Part shown: piece after piece, positions 26,316 through 39,898 of the stretch | How the letters are laid out: each line of letters starts with the position of its first letter | How positions within the stretch are numbered: position 1 is the first letter of the stretch | Origin: Octopus vulgaris | Taxonomy: Eukaryota | Direction: 5' to 3' | NCBI GenBank assembly: GCA_951406725.2 | Contig: OX597828.1 | Location: 70,308,001 to 70,372,000, forward strand | DNA length: 64,000 bases | The notes under the pieces: generated by a model | What the model was told of the DNA's origin: nothing | The model's database searches: none | Seen by the model: only the letters and a program-made list of their open reading frames with translations | Program-made: the position numbers and the translations under genes

Positions 26316-26353
<38 letters not shown>

Positions 26354-27259
26354 TATTGATTTTGGCATATGTGTGTTTGAAGGAAAGGATTAAAACATGA
26401 GGGAGCTGCATCTATTTGTGATGGATGCATGAATGTATTTTGAGTCCAGGAATGGATTTTGCTATGAAGTAGGAATGTTGACAGTGACAATTTGATTTTG
26501 CCAGGGGTTGGATACATGTGTCTGTTGATTAGAGGACAGGAAAGGCAGATGCTGCAAACTGATGGGAATATCATAAGAGGGACCTGTCTCTTGTGTCAGT
26601 TCACCATGTCTCTCTTTCCGGTCTCTGGTGCTGAAGAGGAGATAACCACTCTGAAATGCATAAATCTGATTACGGGAATGCTGTGAACAGACACAGTCTG
26701 TTTACACCAACCTGTCAACAGTGAAAAATTTTCTCCATGATAAAATACAATTGAAGTAGTCCCAGCGCTGTGGGATGCAAAGATTAAAAAGATAGTATAG
26801 GCATACCGCAAGGGTTAGAGAGAAGGGAGGGTATCATCAACGTCTGCTCATGACTACACAGGCACCTGAAACAATTAATGAAAGCATGGTACAATCTATT
26901 ATGTCATACTCGATTACAAGTGATGGCTGTGCATTCATGTGTGCAATTTCACTGATAAAAAATAAAAAGGAGCAGTAAACAAACCACAAAGAGAAAAAGA
27001 ATGCATGAGTGAAAGATGTCCATAGGGAAACTGGACACTGGTCATCTTCTATGCAGAAATTAATTATATCACATGGAACTTCCCAACTGATGACCAGTTT
27101 AGCAAAAAGAGACTATTTAGGGATCAACTGATGTATTAACATCTCTCAATAGGATTTCTACAGGGCAGTGGGGATTCAGGATACCCAAGTTATTTGTTCA
27201 AATTATCTGTATTTCTTTCTTTCTTTCTTTCTATCTATATGTCTATCTATCTATACATC

Positions 27260-27292
<33 letters not shown>

Positions 27293-27367
27293 ACGCACGC
27301 ATACACATACACACACATATACATTTATGTATATATTTATTTATCTATCTATCTTGCTTTCTGCCTG

Positions 27368-27400
<33 letters not shown>

Positions 27401-27443
27401 ATCTATATATATATATATATATATATATATCTATCTATATATA

Positions 27444-27476
<33 letters not shown>

Positions 27477-27499
27477 GTCTGTCTGTCTGTCTAAACATG

Positions 27500-27980
27500 T
27501 ATGAGGATGAGTCAAAAAGTAATGCCATTTTGTTTAGGACAGGTATAATTACCAACATAGTCACCATTTCTCTCAATAGCAATGTTCCACCTTCGAATTA
27601 GAGCATGTATCCTTGCTCTGTAAAATTCTGTTGTCTGTTCTTTGAGCCACTTCTTCACTACCTCCACACTCACCAGATTTAGCGCCTTTTTCGGTACCAC
27701 GAAAGAGGGCTTGAGAGGTAAACATCATTCCAGTGATGAGGAAATGAAAACTGTAGTGAAGAAGTGGCTCAAAGAACAGTCAACAGAATTTTACGGGGCA
27801 GGGATACATGCTCTCATTCAAAGGTGGAACATTGCTATTGAGAGAAACAGTGACTATGTTGAGAAGTAGGGATGTGATCCACAGAGGACCAGCTTCATTT
27901 TGATGTATGATACATGTTCCAGTGTTGGTAATTATACCTGTCCTAAACAAAATAGCATAACTTTTTGACTCACCCTCATA
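27500..27980. mobile_element. Mariner-derived foldback element
   Basis: TA-flanked ~58-bp TIRs; internal mariner transposase C-terminus (GIHALIQRWNIAIERNSDYVEK) present on both strands. Confidence 0.88.
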
Positions 27981-28406
27981 CCTTTCTATCTATACATTTA
28001 TCTAAGTGTCTGTGTGTCTGTCTCTCTACTTACCCACCCATCTATTTACCCACCTACCAATCTGTCTGTCTGACTGGCTGGTTGTCTGCCTGTCTTACTG
28101 TTTATCTGTCAGTAACAATATAATTGTACAACACACACACACACACACAACAGGGTATCAACCACAACGTGTGTCATCAACTCATCATTGTCTTTTGTTT
28201 TTAATTGTATCCACCTCTTAATTAGGGAATTTAATTCTAGATTAAATTAGTGTCAAAATATATTTGTAGTTTTTACAGTATTTCACTCTGTTTGGTCAAA
28301 TAGCTTTGATATGTCTGATAACTAAGATTATGTTGGATATGAAACTGTTGTTGTTGTTGGATGAGAAATGGTTTTGTTGTGCTTCTGTTGTCTACATTGT
28401 CTGCTG

Positions 28407-28950
28407 CAGTAGTTCTCAACCATTTTTTCCCAATGGACCCCTTTGGTTCCCATTTTATTCATGTGGACCCCATAGCCATTATGCTTTAAAAAGAATCCTA
28501 TTATATGTTTATAATTAAATAAAGATAAGGGCAAAGACCCCTTCAGTCACAAATGACAATGGAATTGCACTTCCCTTCTCAGGCACAAGTCGGAGCAAGG
28601 TTGTTTACGGAAGATCAACACTCGCTCATGCATACCAGCCCCACCTCTCCACACCACTGATGTTATCTGAGGGAAAGGCAAAGGGGCCGATACAGCTTGG
28701 CACCAGTGACGCCGCAACTCATTTCTACAGTTGAATGAACTGGAGCAACGTGAAGTAAAGTGTCTTGCTCAAGAACACAACACACGGCCTGGTCTGGGAA
28801 TTGAACTCACAACCTCATGATTGTGAGCCTGAAGCTCTAACCACTGAGCCATGCACCTTAGGAAACGCATAAAGACAATTGTTAAAATATTTGGTGTATT
28901 GTAGAAGTATGACCTCCAAGGGTCATCTGGTCCCTGGTTGAGAACAACTG
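28407..28950. mobile_element. hAT-type MITE with nested SINE (related ends at ~43517-43531 and ~60729/61585)
   Basis: TIR cagtagttctcaacc / ggttgagaacaactg; degenerate 8-bp TSD gtctgctg / gtctattg. Confidence 0.7.
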
Positions 28951-28999
28951 GTCTATTGTGTATGGTGATGTTGAGCGAGGAATGTCAGCCGTTTATGTT

Positions 29000-29330
29000 G
29001 AATGTCTGCTGTATTTTGAATATGAAATGCTTATTGTATGCTGAATGTTTACCATGATTTATGTTGAGTGTGAATTGCTTTCTGTGTGTTGATTGTGAAA
29101 TATTTACTGTATGTGTAGAATGAAATGCTTACTGTATGTCAAATGTGAAATATTTATAATATGTTTAATGTGAAATCTTTTACTGTATGTTCATAAAGAA
29201 ATGTTTGTTGTGTTAGATGTGAATTGTTTACTGTATGTTTAGTTTATGATAAACATGAATTGTTTTCTGTGTTGTTGACTGTGAAATGTTTACTGTACAT
29301 TTAACTTGAAATGTTCACTGTATGATTGCA
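29000..29330. repeat. ~26-bp degenerate tandem repeat upstream of giant exon
   Basis: Recurrent tgaaatgtttactgtatg. Confidence 0.75.
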
Positions 29331-29370
29331 ATGATGACCTCATTCTAGAGCAAGCCTGTTCCTTTTTAAG

Positions 29371-32360
29371 GTGCAACATCTACGAGGTCCAGAAGTGACT
29401 CAGAATGTTCCGATCCTGTGTCCGAAGTTGACTGGGAAGAAATGACAATGAGTAAATACCACTCTGAAGTGACCAGTCCAGATGGAAGTAGTGCTGAAGA
29501 TGAAGAGGATGAGGACTACGATAGGGAAGGAATCATTAGCGGTAAACCTCTCCGTAGAAAACACCGACCGAGATTTCTCAATATTAGCCGTTCTCTTAGT
29601 GTGACATCTTCTGATGATGAGGTGGATGAGAAGAGCTACAAATTAGCTCAGTTAGAACATGTTAAACATGTGTCTGCCAGTGAAAAGTCTTCTGAAAAGA
29701 TCAACAGCAATAATAAAAGTGATTCAGACGGCAGTCTGAAAGAGGGGAGGGGATCGGATGGTATAGCATACCATGCCGAGTCTGTGAAAGGTCAACTGGT
29801 GCAAGAACAACAACATCAGCAGTCTATGGACTTTTTAAGTGATGGAAAAGCTGTCCGCAGTCCCAGTCCACCCAGAAGTCCGAGCTGGCGAGAAGGTCTT
29901 GACAGTCCCCCCTTTTCCCCACGTAGAAGGGATTCATATCCGGCTAAGAAACGCGGACATATTTCCCCTTTATCACCAAAAGATAAAAAATTCCAGTTTT
30001 CATATGTCGACACATCTCCGACAAAACGCCATCTATCTACTGAAGACTTATATGACAGCAACCACCAAAGTGAGATTTCACCTTCAAGATCTCCACTTAC
30101 TCCTGAAGAACTGAAGAAAGCATTTGGTGCTGTATGTGGCCAGAGCACACAGAAAGAAAGCTCTAGCTCTGATAGTTCCAGAAAGTCAACACCATCTTCA
30201 GTATTGTCCATACCACATCATCGTGATACTAATACAAAAGACCAAAAGCCATTTGCCTTAGGTATGGACACCGAAGTCATTGATTTAGCAACTTATGCGG
30301 CAACCATTGCCAGCAACACAGCTAGCTTAACGTCCCTTAGTGCATCCCCGACTAACCTCCCAACGTCCACAATAGAAGGACCTGACAGCATTTCTCCTGA
30401 ATCGATTACGAGCACTGACAGTACGTCCCCTATATCTCCCAATTACTATGATGGTTCCCAGTCTGAAGAGGGAGACGTAGAACTAGCAGACCCTTCAACA
30501 AAATCTATTGATTATCAAGGTACTAAGAGGCAAAAACAAAGGCCACCGTCATCTGATTGGTCTCCAGTTATTGATCTGTCACCAATCATTGATGTCTCGC
30601 CTTCAGTCGAGGAGGCAGAGCAACAAGAAATGTTGGCGCAGCAGCGGGAAGTTCTTCGTAAAAGAGAATCGGATGCTGCTTCTGAGTCAGAAGAGGAGGA
30701 TGGAGAAAATTCCAGTCCAGAAAAGAAAAACTTAGACAATTATGAAATTCCTTGCTTAAAACGGTACATGAACTTCGAAGATATCAGTAAAATATGTGAA
30801 GGAAAGATTCCAGATGAGAAGAAGATTGAACGAATAAGCGACATGTTGAGTGATTTCCAAAAAATCAATCGTAATATTGATATATTAACTTATCCAATTC
30901 TGAGATCGAATGGTGATAAGGAAAATATTATAACAACAACAAGTTCTGCATCAAACCCTAGATCGGGGACGAGTGACGTTGTCACAACCCTTCCCATTGC
31001 AAGACCACCATCAGCTACATACACAATGGCACCTATCTCAACGTCAGTGACAACATCCCCTGTTACTATGACAACTGTTTCTGTATCAGAGGAAGAAAAC
31101 GATCGGATTATTCACCCATTACCATCGAGAGGGATGCGGCCAACCATATCTACGTCATCTTTGTCAGAGCTTATGGATTCTGGTGGCGAGGAATCTGAAT
31201 TAATGACTGCATGGAACTTGGCTCAGTCTAATGTCACGTCAAAGACATTACCATCTCTGCAGACATCCACATCAGTTGTTACTGCAACGTCCTTAGCCAT
31301 GTCTGCTACTGTTGTCACAAGTGCTGCCTCTAGCTGCAGCGTGTCGAGAGCAGAACAAGGTGATCGGTCAGCAACCACGAAACCAATGAAACCAGCTATT
31401 GCCCCGAAACCGACAGTAGCAGCCAAAAACATGCCTGCAGGTAAAGCAGCAGAGGTGAAACCTGCTGCTAAACCGGCACCAACTGATAACAAGCCGGAAC
31501 CACCACCTCGTGTTAGGCGGAAATTACCCGAACCAACACCTGAAATCTTGGCCACTCAAAAACCACCGAAACCTCCTAAACCAGCACGTACACCGTCGAC
31601 TTGCGTGTCGACAACACCCACCACACGAACTGCTCCTGTAAACGTCGTTCCAGGGCAGCCCACGAGGCCATTGCCTCCCCCTCCAGCCGGTAGCAAGTCT
31701 GTCAAGCTGTTAACCGAAGCATTTGAAGTGAAAACGGCTGCTCAAGCACCTCCGGAGATCAAACCCAAGCCAGCACCTGCTGCTGTCGCTGCTGCCACTG
31801 CTGCTGCAGTACCTGTCACTACTACCACCACTACTGCAGTAGCAGCAGCTGCTTCTACTACTACAACTACCACAACTACTACTACTACTACTATTAGGAC
31901 TACAACTACTGCTGCTACTGAACCCAAACCGCCAAGTCCAGCTGTGGAACCTAAACCAGCTAAAGCGCACCCTATAAAAGCAGAGCCTGAAAAGAAGAAG
32001 GCGAAGGATATAAAACCGAAACTGAGGTCCCAACAGAAGCATGGAGAGCAGTCTTATTCCCCCTCCCAGTTAAAAGTATTGGACTCTCCTGTAACACCCC
32101 CAGAGCCTTCTGTATCTGTTCTGAAACGCGAATACTCTGACAGTACATCTGTCTCTCCCTCTTCCTCTCCTGATCATGAGCTTGACGCTTACCCTTCTCC
32201 GGGGACCCCACCAGATTCTGATACATCTCCGCCAAAAGCGTTGTCCCCATCATCTCCCAAAGGGAGTACTGCAACAACAAGAACTGTGAAGCCCATAAGT
32301 TCCCAGCCAGCTACTGATCCGAAGAAACTCCGACCTGTCTCTGCTCCCAGAACAACTGTG
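29371..32360 (+). CDS. PCLO: Piccolo-like giant exon B (2990 nt)
   Basis: Acceptor cctttttaag|GT (phase 1) in frame with the 983-aa ORF; donor GTG|gtaagt (phase 0); contains DLSPIIDVSPSVEE, acidic and Pro-rich segments. Confidence 0.92.
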
Positions 32361-32445
32361 GTAAGTTAAGTTTTTGCAATAAGTTCTTCAGAATATTTGG
32401 GGAACTGAATTTGGGCAGAAGGTAGGGAGATGGGCAGATAGGTAG

Positions 32446-32480
<35 letters not shown>

Positions 32481-32924
32481 AAGAAAGAGAGAGAGAGAGA
32501 GGAGTGAGAGATACAGCTATAGTATTTGCATTACAGTATCCAAATCACAGTGATGCCAACATTTAAATTTGTTCTGAGATCAATAAAAGAAATTTCATCA
32601 TCATCATCATGTCAGAATTGTTAGCACATCAGGTAAATGCTTGGCAGCGTTTCGCCCATCTTTACACTCTGAGCTTAAATTCTGCCAAGGTCGAGTTTAC
32701 CTTTCATCCTTTCAGGGTCAATAAATTAATTACCAGTGAAACACTGAGGTCAATGTAATCAACTCAACCCTCTCCCCCGAAATTGCTGGCCTTATTCCAA
32801 AATTTGAAGCTATTATTAAGAGCATGTGGTGGTGGTGGTGTGGGGGGGTGATGTTATGAACGAGCTCTTCCCAAATTTCAGGCTTTCTACTTATAGTAGA
32901 AAGATTTATTATTAATATTATAAT

Positions 32925-33568
32925 TATTGCCTTTGCACAGCTTCTAACGCTGGAGATGTATTACAGTGTCAGCTGTTCACTACCAGTGAACTAAGGTAAC
33001 ACTTCTTACTTTTTGAGCACCTTCCAGAATATTTAAGCGATTCCAAGCAGTGCTGTTTTCTGCAAGTGCTCCACACTTATTGCAGCCCCTATTTTTTCCA
33101 TGTACTTCTCGAAATTTTTGCTCACTGTTCCCAGGCCTCCGACAATTATTGGTACTACTACCACCTTTTTTCATCAACCATAACTGCTTAACCTCCCAAG
33201 CTAACCTGTCATATCTCTCAACTTTTCTTTCTTCCTTATCGCATACCTTGTTGTCAGCTGGGCATGCTATATCTAGGATCCAGTATAGTTTGTTTCCTTT
33301 CTCAATTAAGACCGTGTCTGGCTTCCTATTCTCTATCTCATGGTCGCACTGAATCATAAAATCCCATAGGATCTTTGCATTTCTATTTTCGATGATGACT
33401 TCAGGTTTGTGGTCGTACCAATTTTTTGCTCTGTCAAGTCCATACTTGTTGTAAAGTGTCCAATGGACAAGCCTGGCTATATTTTCATGACATCTCTTAT
33501 ATTCCTTCTGGGCTAGTGGTGTACATTGGCTGGTAATATGCCATATGGTTCCACCGTTTTGTCCACAG
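32925..33568 (-). mobile_element. R4/Dong-type RLE LINE 3' fragment
   Basis: CG...TIWHITSQC (CCHC knuckle), KILWDF, RKPD...ILDIACP...EERK endonuclease motifs; abuts a (TAA)n tract, the known Dong-type target. Confidence 0.85.
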
Positions 33569-33632
<64 letters not shown>

Positions 33633-35644
33633 GCTGTTGTTCTTTTACCCTTTCAGGGATCAATAAAATAAAGTTCCAGTCAAGGACTGAGGTTGATTTC
33701 CTCAATTACCCCCACCCCATCCCACCTCCAACCAGCCAACCAGTTTCAGGCCTTGTGCCTATTTTAGAAACCATTGAGGTAGCAAATGGTTGAATCATTA
33801 GCATACCAGATGCTTAGCAGCATTTCTTCTAGCTTTACATTCTGAGTTCCAATTCCTCTGAGGTCGACTTTGCCTTTCATATTTTGAGGTCGATAAGATA
33901 AGCACCAATTGAGTTTTGGTGACAATGTAATCCACTGTAATCCATTCCTAAAATTTCAGGTCTCTTCCCAAAGTAGGAAGAATTTTCCCCTCCACCTATT
34001 TGCACACAATATGCCCTTGTTAAATCCCTTCCTCCCACCTCTAGCTCCCACTCTCCTCCTGAAATCTTGTGAACTTACCCTCATCAATCTCTGATCCACT
34101 TCATTTTATGCACCACCCTGTAACTTGGGTGTACGGCCCTTGCCCCCTCTCTGTCATGTCTTCACCATCATTCCATTGTCTCTCTTCTCCATCTGAGGAA
34201 GCCATGTCTCGCTTCTAATGTAAGACTCCTTTCTGTTCCCTCAGTATTACTCCCCCCAGTTGTGGGGGTCTTGTCCTGCAAGTTATTTGGCAACCCTCAC
34301 TGCTGTTGGTGCCACATGAAAAGCACCCATTACACTCTTGGAGTGGCTGGCACTAGGGAGGGCCATCCAGCCATAGAAACCATGCCAAAACAGATAGTAG
34401 AGCTTGCTGTAGTCTTCTGATTTGCCTGTTCTTGTCAAACCATCCAACCCATACCAGCATGGAAAATTAGACGTAAATTGATGATGATGAGGATGACGAC
34501 AATGATGATGAAATATTACTATTGTTGTTGTTGTTAGCAGAGTTCTGTTGGCAAAGACTGGATCTTTGAATTAGTTCCTGCCATTTACCTTTTTGTTAAA
34601 ACATTTATTAATCTTCTTGGGATACTCTTTGACCTCTCATTAGTTTGTTTCAAGTGAAAAAAAAAAGAAAAAGAACAGGAAATGGTTTTCTTTTTAATCT
34701 CGAAACATAAAGAAGACATAATTTTCAAGTGTGAGGAACGAACTGTGTCAATAAGTCAACTTCTGTTTGATCTGCTACAATAAAGAACACGGAAATCTAT
34801 TTGAGATTTTTTGATAAAAAGATATTTATTTTTATTGTAAACAAAAAAATGTTGTTATTACAAATATCAACAAGCACCAAGATATTTTCAAAGCTTATTG
34901 TTCTTGGCTTATGTACATTAGTAGTAACTGTTGTGAGTTTCTTGGTGTTAGCTGATCATTGTGTGTTGCTGCCACTGTTCGTCCATTGTTATTGTGCAGA
35001 GACAGTACTCTGGTTCTGCTACTCTCTGCTGACTGCCATTTTCACCGCCCGGTCTGATTTCTGCCATCTAGTGGTAGTGGCTAAAATGCACTGACTATAT
35101 AGTGGGGGTCTTACTCAGAAAAATGTGCACCAATGATGAAATTGTTAGTTCTGATTACAAATGAAGTCTTGAAGGGTCAGAATTTTTAATGACATTGGTA
35201 ATATTCTAGAAATCGCAATCATATTCTTGGGTTACTTTTCTCGCACTGGATACAGTCATCTGGATTCAGTTGCTAAATCTTCCTGCTACAGATCCCTAAT
35301 CATTTTCAGTTCCATCTCCAATCATCTTCAGTTTGATATCTAATCATCTTCAGGTGTCTTAGTTGCTGGATGGGATCAGACTGGATTAAAATTAAGAATT
35401 TTTATTTCAAAAATAAGATTTAAATCGTTCTTGTTCATCAGTGACCTAGAGCAGATAATAATAATAAGGCAGTTTAGAAATGAAAGTTTTAAAAGTTTGC
35501 AGTTCAACTCCTACTTGGTAAGAAATATTGTTTTAAGAACCTTCTTTCTGGAAAGAAAAAATATTTTCTGATCTCATCTTATTCAAAAAACACTTTGTAA
35601 ATAATCTCTCTTTCCATACACAAACATCTCTCTCTCTCTCTTTG

Positions 35645-35737
<93 letters not shown>

Positions 35738-35764
35738 GTCTATCTGTCTATACACATACACACA

Positions 35765-35801
<37 letters not shown>

Positions 35802-36005
35802 GTACATATACATACATGTACATTTGTATATATATGTATGTATATATACATATGTCTTTATATATACACACACACATATATGTGTGGAATGCATGTCTGT
35901 CACTATCTTTCTCTTTCTCCCTCTCTCTTTTCCTCTATCTCTCTCTCTCAATCTCTCACATTCTTCCCTAATTCACCTTCATTATGCTTCTTTCCTACCT
36001 CTCAG

Positions 36006-36357
36006 CCTGACTCACAGAAGGCCAAAGATGGCAACAAGAAAATACGAAGGAAACTTCCTGCCATCCCAGCAGATGAAGAACCAGTAACTGCACCGAGGGC
36101 CCTTGGTGTTAAGAAGGGTCCTTTATTCAACACACCACCAGCTCCAAGTCGTAAGGCTCCAACACTCAAGACTGGAAAGCCCGCTACCAACATTGATCCT
36201 GCACTCAGAGCAGATGAGAGTATTCGTGAGAGTATTTATGCAACTCCGGTGACCCAATTAACAAGTATGGATACATCAATGTCAGCACAACCAAATGGAC
36301 GCAGTAGCAACCCAAACGTTGGTCACAAACAGAAATTAGGGCCAATTACTTCAAAAG
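36006..36357 (+). CDS. PCLO: Piccolo-like exon C (PDSQKAKD...PITSK)
   Basis: Acceptor ctacctctcag|CCT (phase 0; alternative in-frame acceptor at 36018), donor AAG|gtcagt (phase 1). Confidence 0.85.
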
Positions 36358-37105
36358 GTCAGTTAAAATGTTACAGATGAATTATTCTTATTTTATTTCA
36401 TTTATCTCTTTCCATGGCTTTTATTTTTTTCATAGCATTTTGTCTTTCTTACCACCTGTTTCAATGAATCAAACGACACAAGTACCAGTAACATATTCTT
36501 CTTTAATCCTCCTTCTTGTCATCATTGTTTTAAAGCCCACTTTTTCCTTCTTGCATGGGTCAGACAATTTGTTGAGGCAGATTTTCTACAGCTGGATACC
36601 CCTCCTGTCATCAATCCTCACCTGTTTCCAAGCAAGTACCAGTAATGTACTGGGTATGTTTTACCATGTGTGTTTGTCCAAACAGTTGTAGTTGAGGAGA
36701 ATACGAGGATAGTGATGTGGTGGTGGATCAGAAAATATGGAGACAATGTGTGGGGGGAGAGGGAGTGAAGGGATGAGAGAGAAATGAACAGTGAAAGGGA
36801 TGGATGTCAGAGGTATGTAGTAGAGGCTATAGTGAGTGGGTGTCATGTATATATATATATCATATATATACATATATATGTATTATATATATTATATTAT
36901 ATACATATATAGGTAGGTGTATGAGTGGCTGTGTGGTAAGTAGCTTGCTTACGAACCAGATGGTTCCGGGTTCAGTCCCACTGCGTGGCACCTTGGGCAA
37001 GTGTCTTCTACTCTAGCCTCAGGCCGACCAAAGCCTTGTGAGTGGATTTGATAGACAGAAACTGAAAGAAGCCTGTCATATATATGTTATATATATATAT
37101 ATATA

Positions 37106-37152
<47 letters not shown>

Positions 37153-38729
37153 TCATCATCATCATCGTTTAACGTCCGTTAAACGATGATGATGATGATG
37201 ATGATGATATATATATATATATGTATATATATGTATGTGTGTGTGTATATATTTGTGTGTCTGTATTTGTTTTGGTCACTCTCTTGGTTACTGTAGCAGG
37301 TTCCGGTGGTAAGCATTGCCAAAATGACTGCTACTGTTTTGAATGCAACTTTTACTCCAGATTACCTTTCTTCTAAAAGAGCTGAAGTCCCCCATAACCT
37401 TCTCTGCCCCTGGGAAACGTGTTTAACTTATAGCTGGGAATGTGACAAATACTACCGTTCTGGGTGGGAACGATTATGGTAATGAAGGGCTGACTGCACT
37501 CTCCCCACAACTTCAGAACTCCCAAACTGCAGCCTCACCACAGGATGCAGTTTGATGTCATACTCAGGACTTAAATACGTACGTCAGTGTTTACTTAGAT
37601 GCATACATACATGGATACATGCATAGCTACATGTATGGATACATTCACACACACGCACATACACACACAACAACAGCAACAACAACAAGTTTGCATTGTA
37701 AAATTCCATCTCCAACATATTTATCAACCGAATGCACACAGTGGAATTGAACCTGGAATCATTATGGTCGCAAAGCAGACTTCTTAACCACGCAACCATG
37801 TCTGGCGGAGGCTCAGACCTGTGTCCTCATTAACCAAGGCCCTGTGGCTCAAACAGGGCAAAATGTTCGTAAAAGTTTTGTTAGCAGTATGAATAAACCC
37901 TGAAGTCACATGCTTCTCTCTTCACAATCAGACGCGAGAATATACTAAAGTTAGACGACATCAAGTATTGATCATAAATATATTGACCCAGCTCGAAAAA
38001 TATAACCCACAACCGTTAGCTGAAAGATCAACTCTTGCTTTCACATCAATTCAATACATTATATATTTTTTATTTATTTATTTATTTATTTATTAATTTT
38101 TGTTGTTGTTGGTCTTTGGTCCATTGTGTTCGGTCGTCATGGCAATAATAACGGAGAGAAATTAATATCTTGGACATTTGCCAGTCTTTGCGAATATTTA
38201 ATGATATGATGTCACTGAGTAACATCGGGTTTTTGTTTGAAACAGAACAATTTAGTTATTGAAGCAGTGGATGTATAGCAACTGGGTATGTAACACACAT
38301 ATATATGTATATACATATATACATATATATTTATATTTCTTCATTTCCCAGTTTGTTGTTTTTACTTTTATTTCTTTTCATGGAGCTGTTTGTAGTAGGT
38401 TTATGTGAAACAAGATGTCGAAATGGTTTATGAGACTTTTAAAGGCAGCTGATTAATGCCGCTGTAATGGTTGTATAAACAGATGTGAGGATGGAAAAAA
38501 AAAATCAATTCCAACATTTCTGAATGATTGCTTAATTACTCCTGACAGCTTGGTGAACTGCAGTAACGTCGGATAAAATATATATTTATAGACACCTTGT
38601 GATTTGAACTCCTGAGCTGTGAGTACATAGACTAATACCTTATCCTCTCAGCCATCTCACCTTTCTTATGTAACTTCAGTACAGTATCAGTCTGCACTAT
38701 AAACATAACAAGACCACTGACTATTAGTG

Positions 38730-39030
38730 AACTGCTGACCATATGAGGGAGCTACTGTGGACTGCATTTAATCAAATGACAAATAATTATTAGAGTCAAA
38801 TGTTAAAATGGACCCAACACCACTGACTGACCATGGTGTGACAATAATATATGTACAGTGTAATCTCATACATGACTGACCATGGAGTACTATCATATAT
38901 TAGTGTGCTGCCACATGTGACTGACCACAATGTAAAGTAATATGCATTGTGGATTCACACTTGACTGACCACTGTGTAACAACATAAATAATTGTTTTTC
39001 ACATAACTGACCATAGTGTAACATAATAAG
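38730..39030. repeat. ~50-bp degenerate minisatellite
   Basis: Recurrent tgactgacca(t/c). Confidence 0.65.
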
Positions 39031-39611
39031 ATACAGAGAGGTCTCTAACAGAATTACCAATTGACATATCAAATACTTTCAGTTTATGGTCAAGCCCATC
39101 TCCCTCCCTCCCAAAGATCAACTGGACAAACAGCAGGTTTAGCCACCAAAACTGGCTCACAATTAATGGTTTTGAGTCAGCAGAAAATACATTACAAAAC
39201 AGAAACTAAACTTAAAGTGATGGTGGAGTGGGGGTGAGGTAGGATATATTACTTCTCCGACGATGGGTCCAGCTCAGAAGATGAGCCTCCATCTCATCGT
39301 AAGACACAGCAGCATAGAATTGGTCAGTTTGTTTTTAAGGTTTAATTCGTACCATCTTAGGTTACTTAGCTAATACGGGGAACAACAAATCAGTTTTGAA
39401 GGAGTCTTAAGGATTTGAAATCTCTGCATACAACATGTGAGTTGCAACTTTCTTTTTTTTTTTTTTTACTTCTGGTGCATTCTTCACTAAAATCTCTCAG
39501 AATGTAACAACAGCACCATATATGTATGTATATGTATGTATATGTATGTGTGTACATGTGTACATATATATGTATGTATGTTCATATATATGTATGTATA
39601 TGTGTGTGTAC

Positions 39612-39642
<31 letters not shown>

Positions 39643-39725
39643 TTTATATATGTATGCATATGTGTGTATATGTATATATAAATTTATATTCATATATATA
39701 TATATATTTATATGAATGTATATGC

Positions 39726-39757
<32 letters not shown>

Positions 39758-39853
39758 GTATGAATGTACATATGTGTATATATACATGTATGAATGTATA
39801 TGTGTATGTATATATATATATATATATATATAACACACACACACACACATTTA

Positions 39854-39898
<45 letters not shown>

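Noticed and set aside
29816-32280. Antisense and alternate-frame ORFs over exon B
   Set aside because: Shadow ORFs of the real coding frame.
38271-38291. ATG TAT AGC AAC TGG|gtatgt candidate first exon
   Set aside because: Phase 0 is incompatible with phase-1 exon D and gives an early stop; it could only be a UTR exon.
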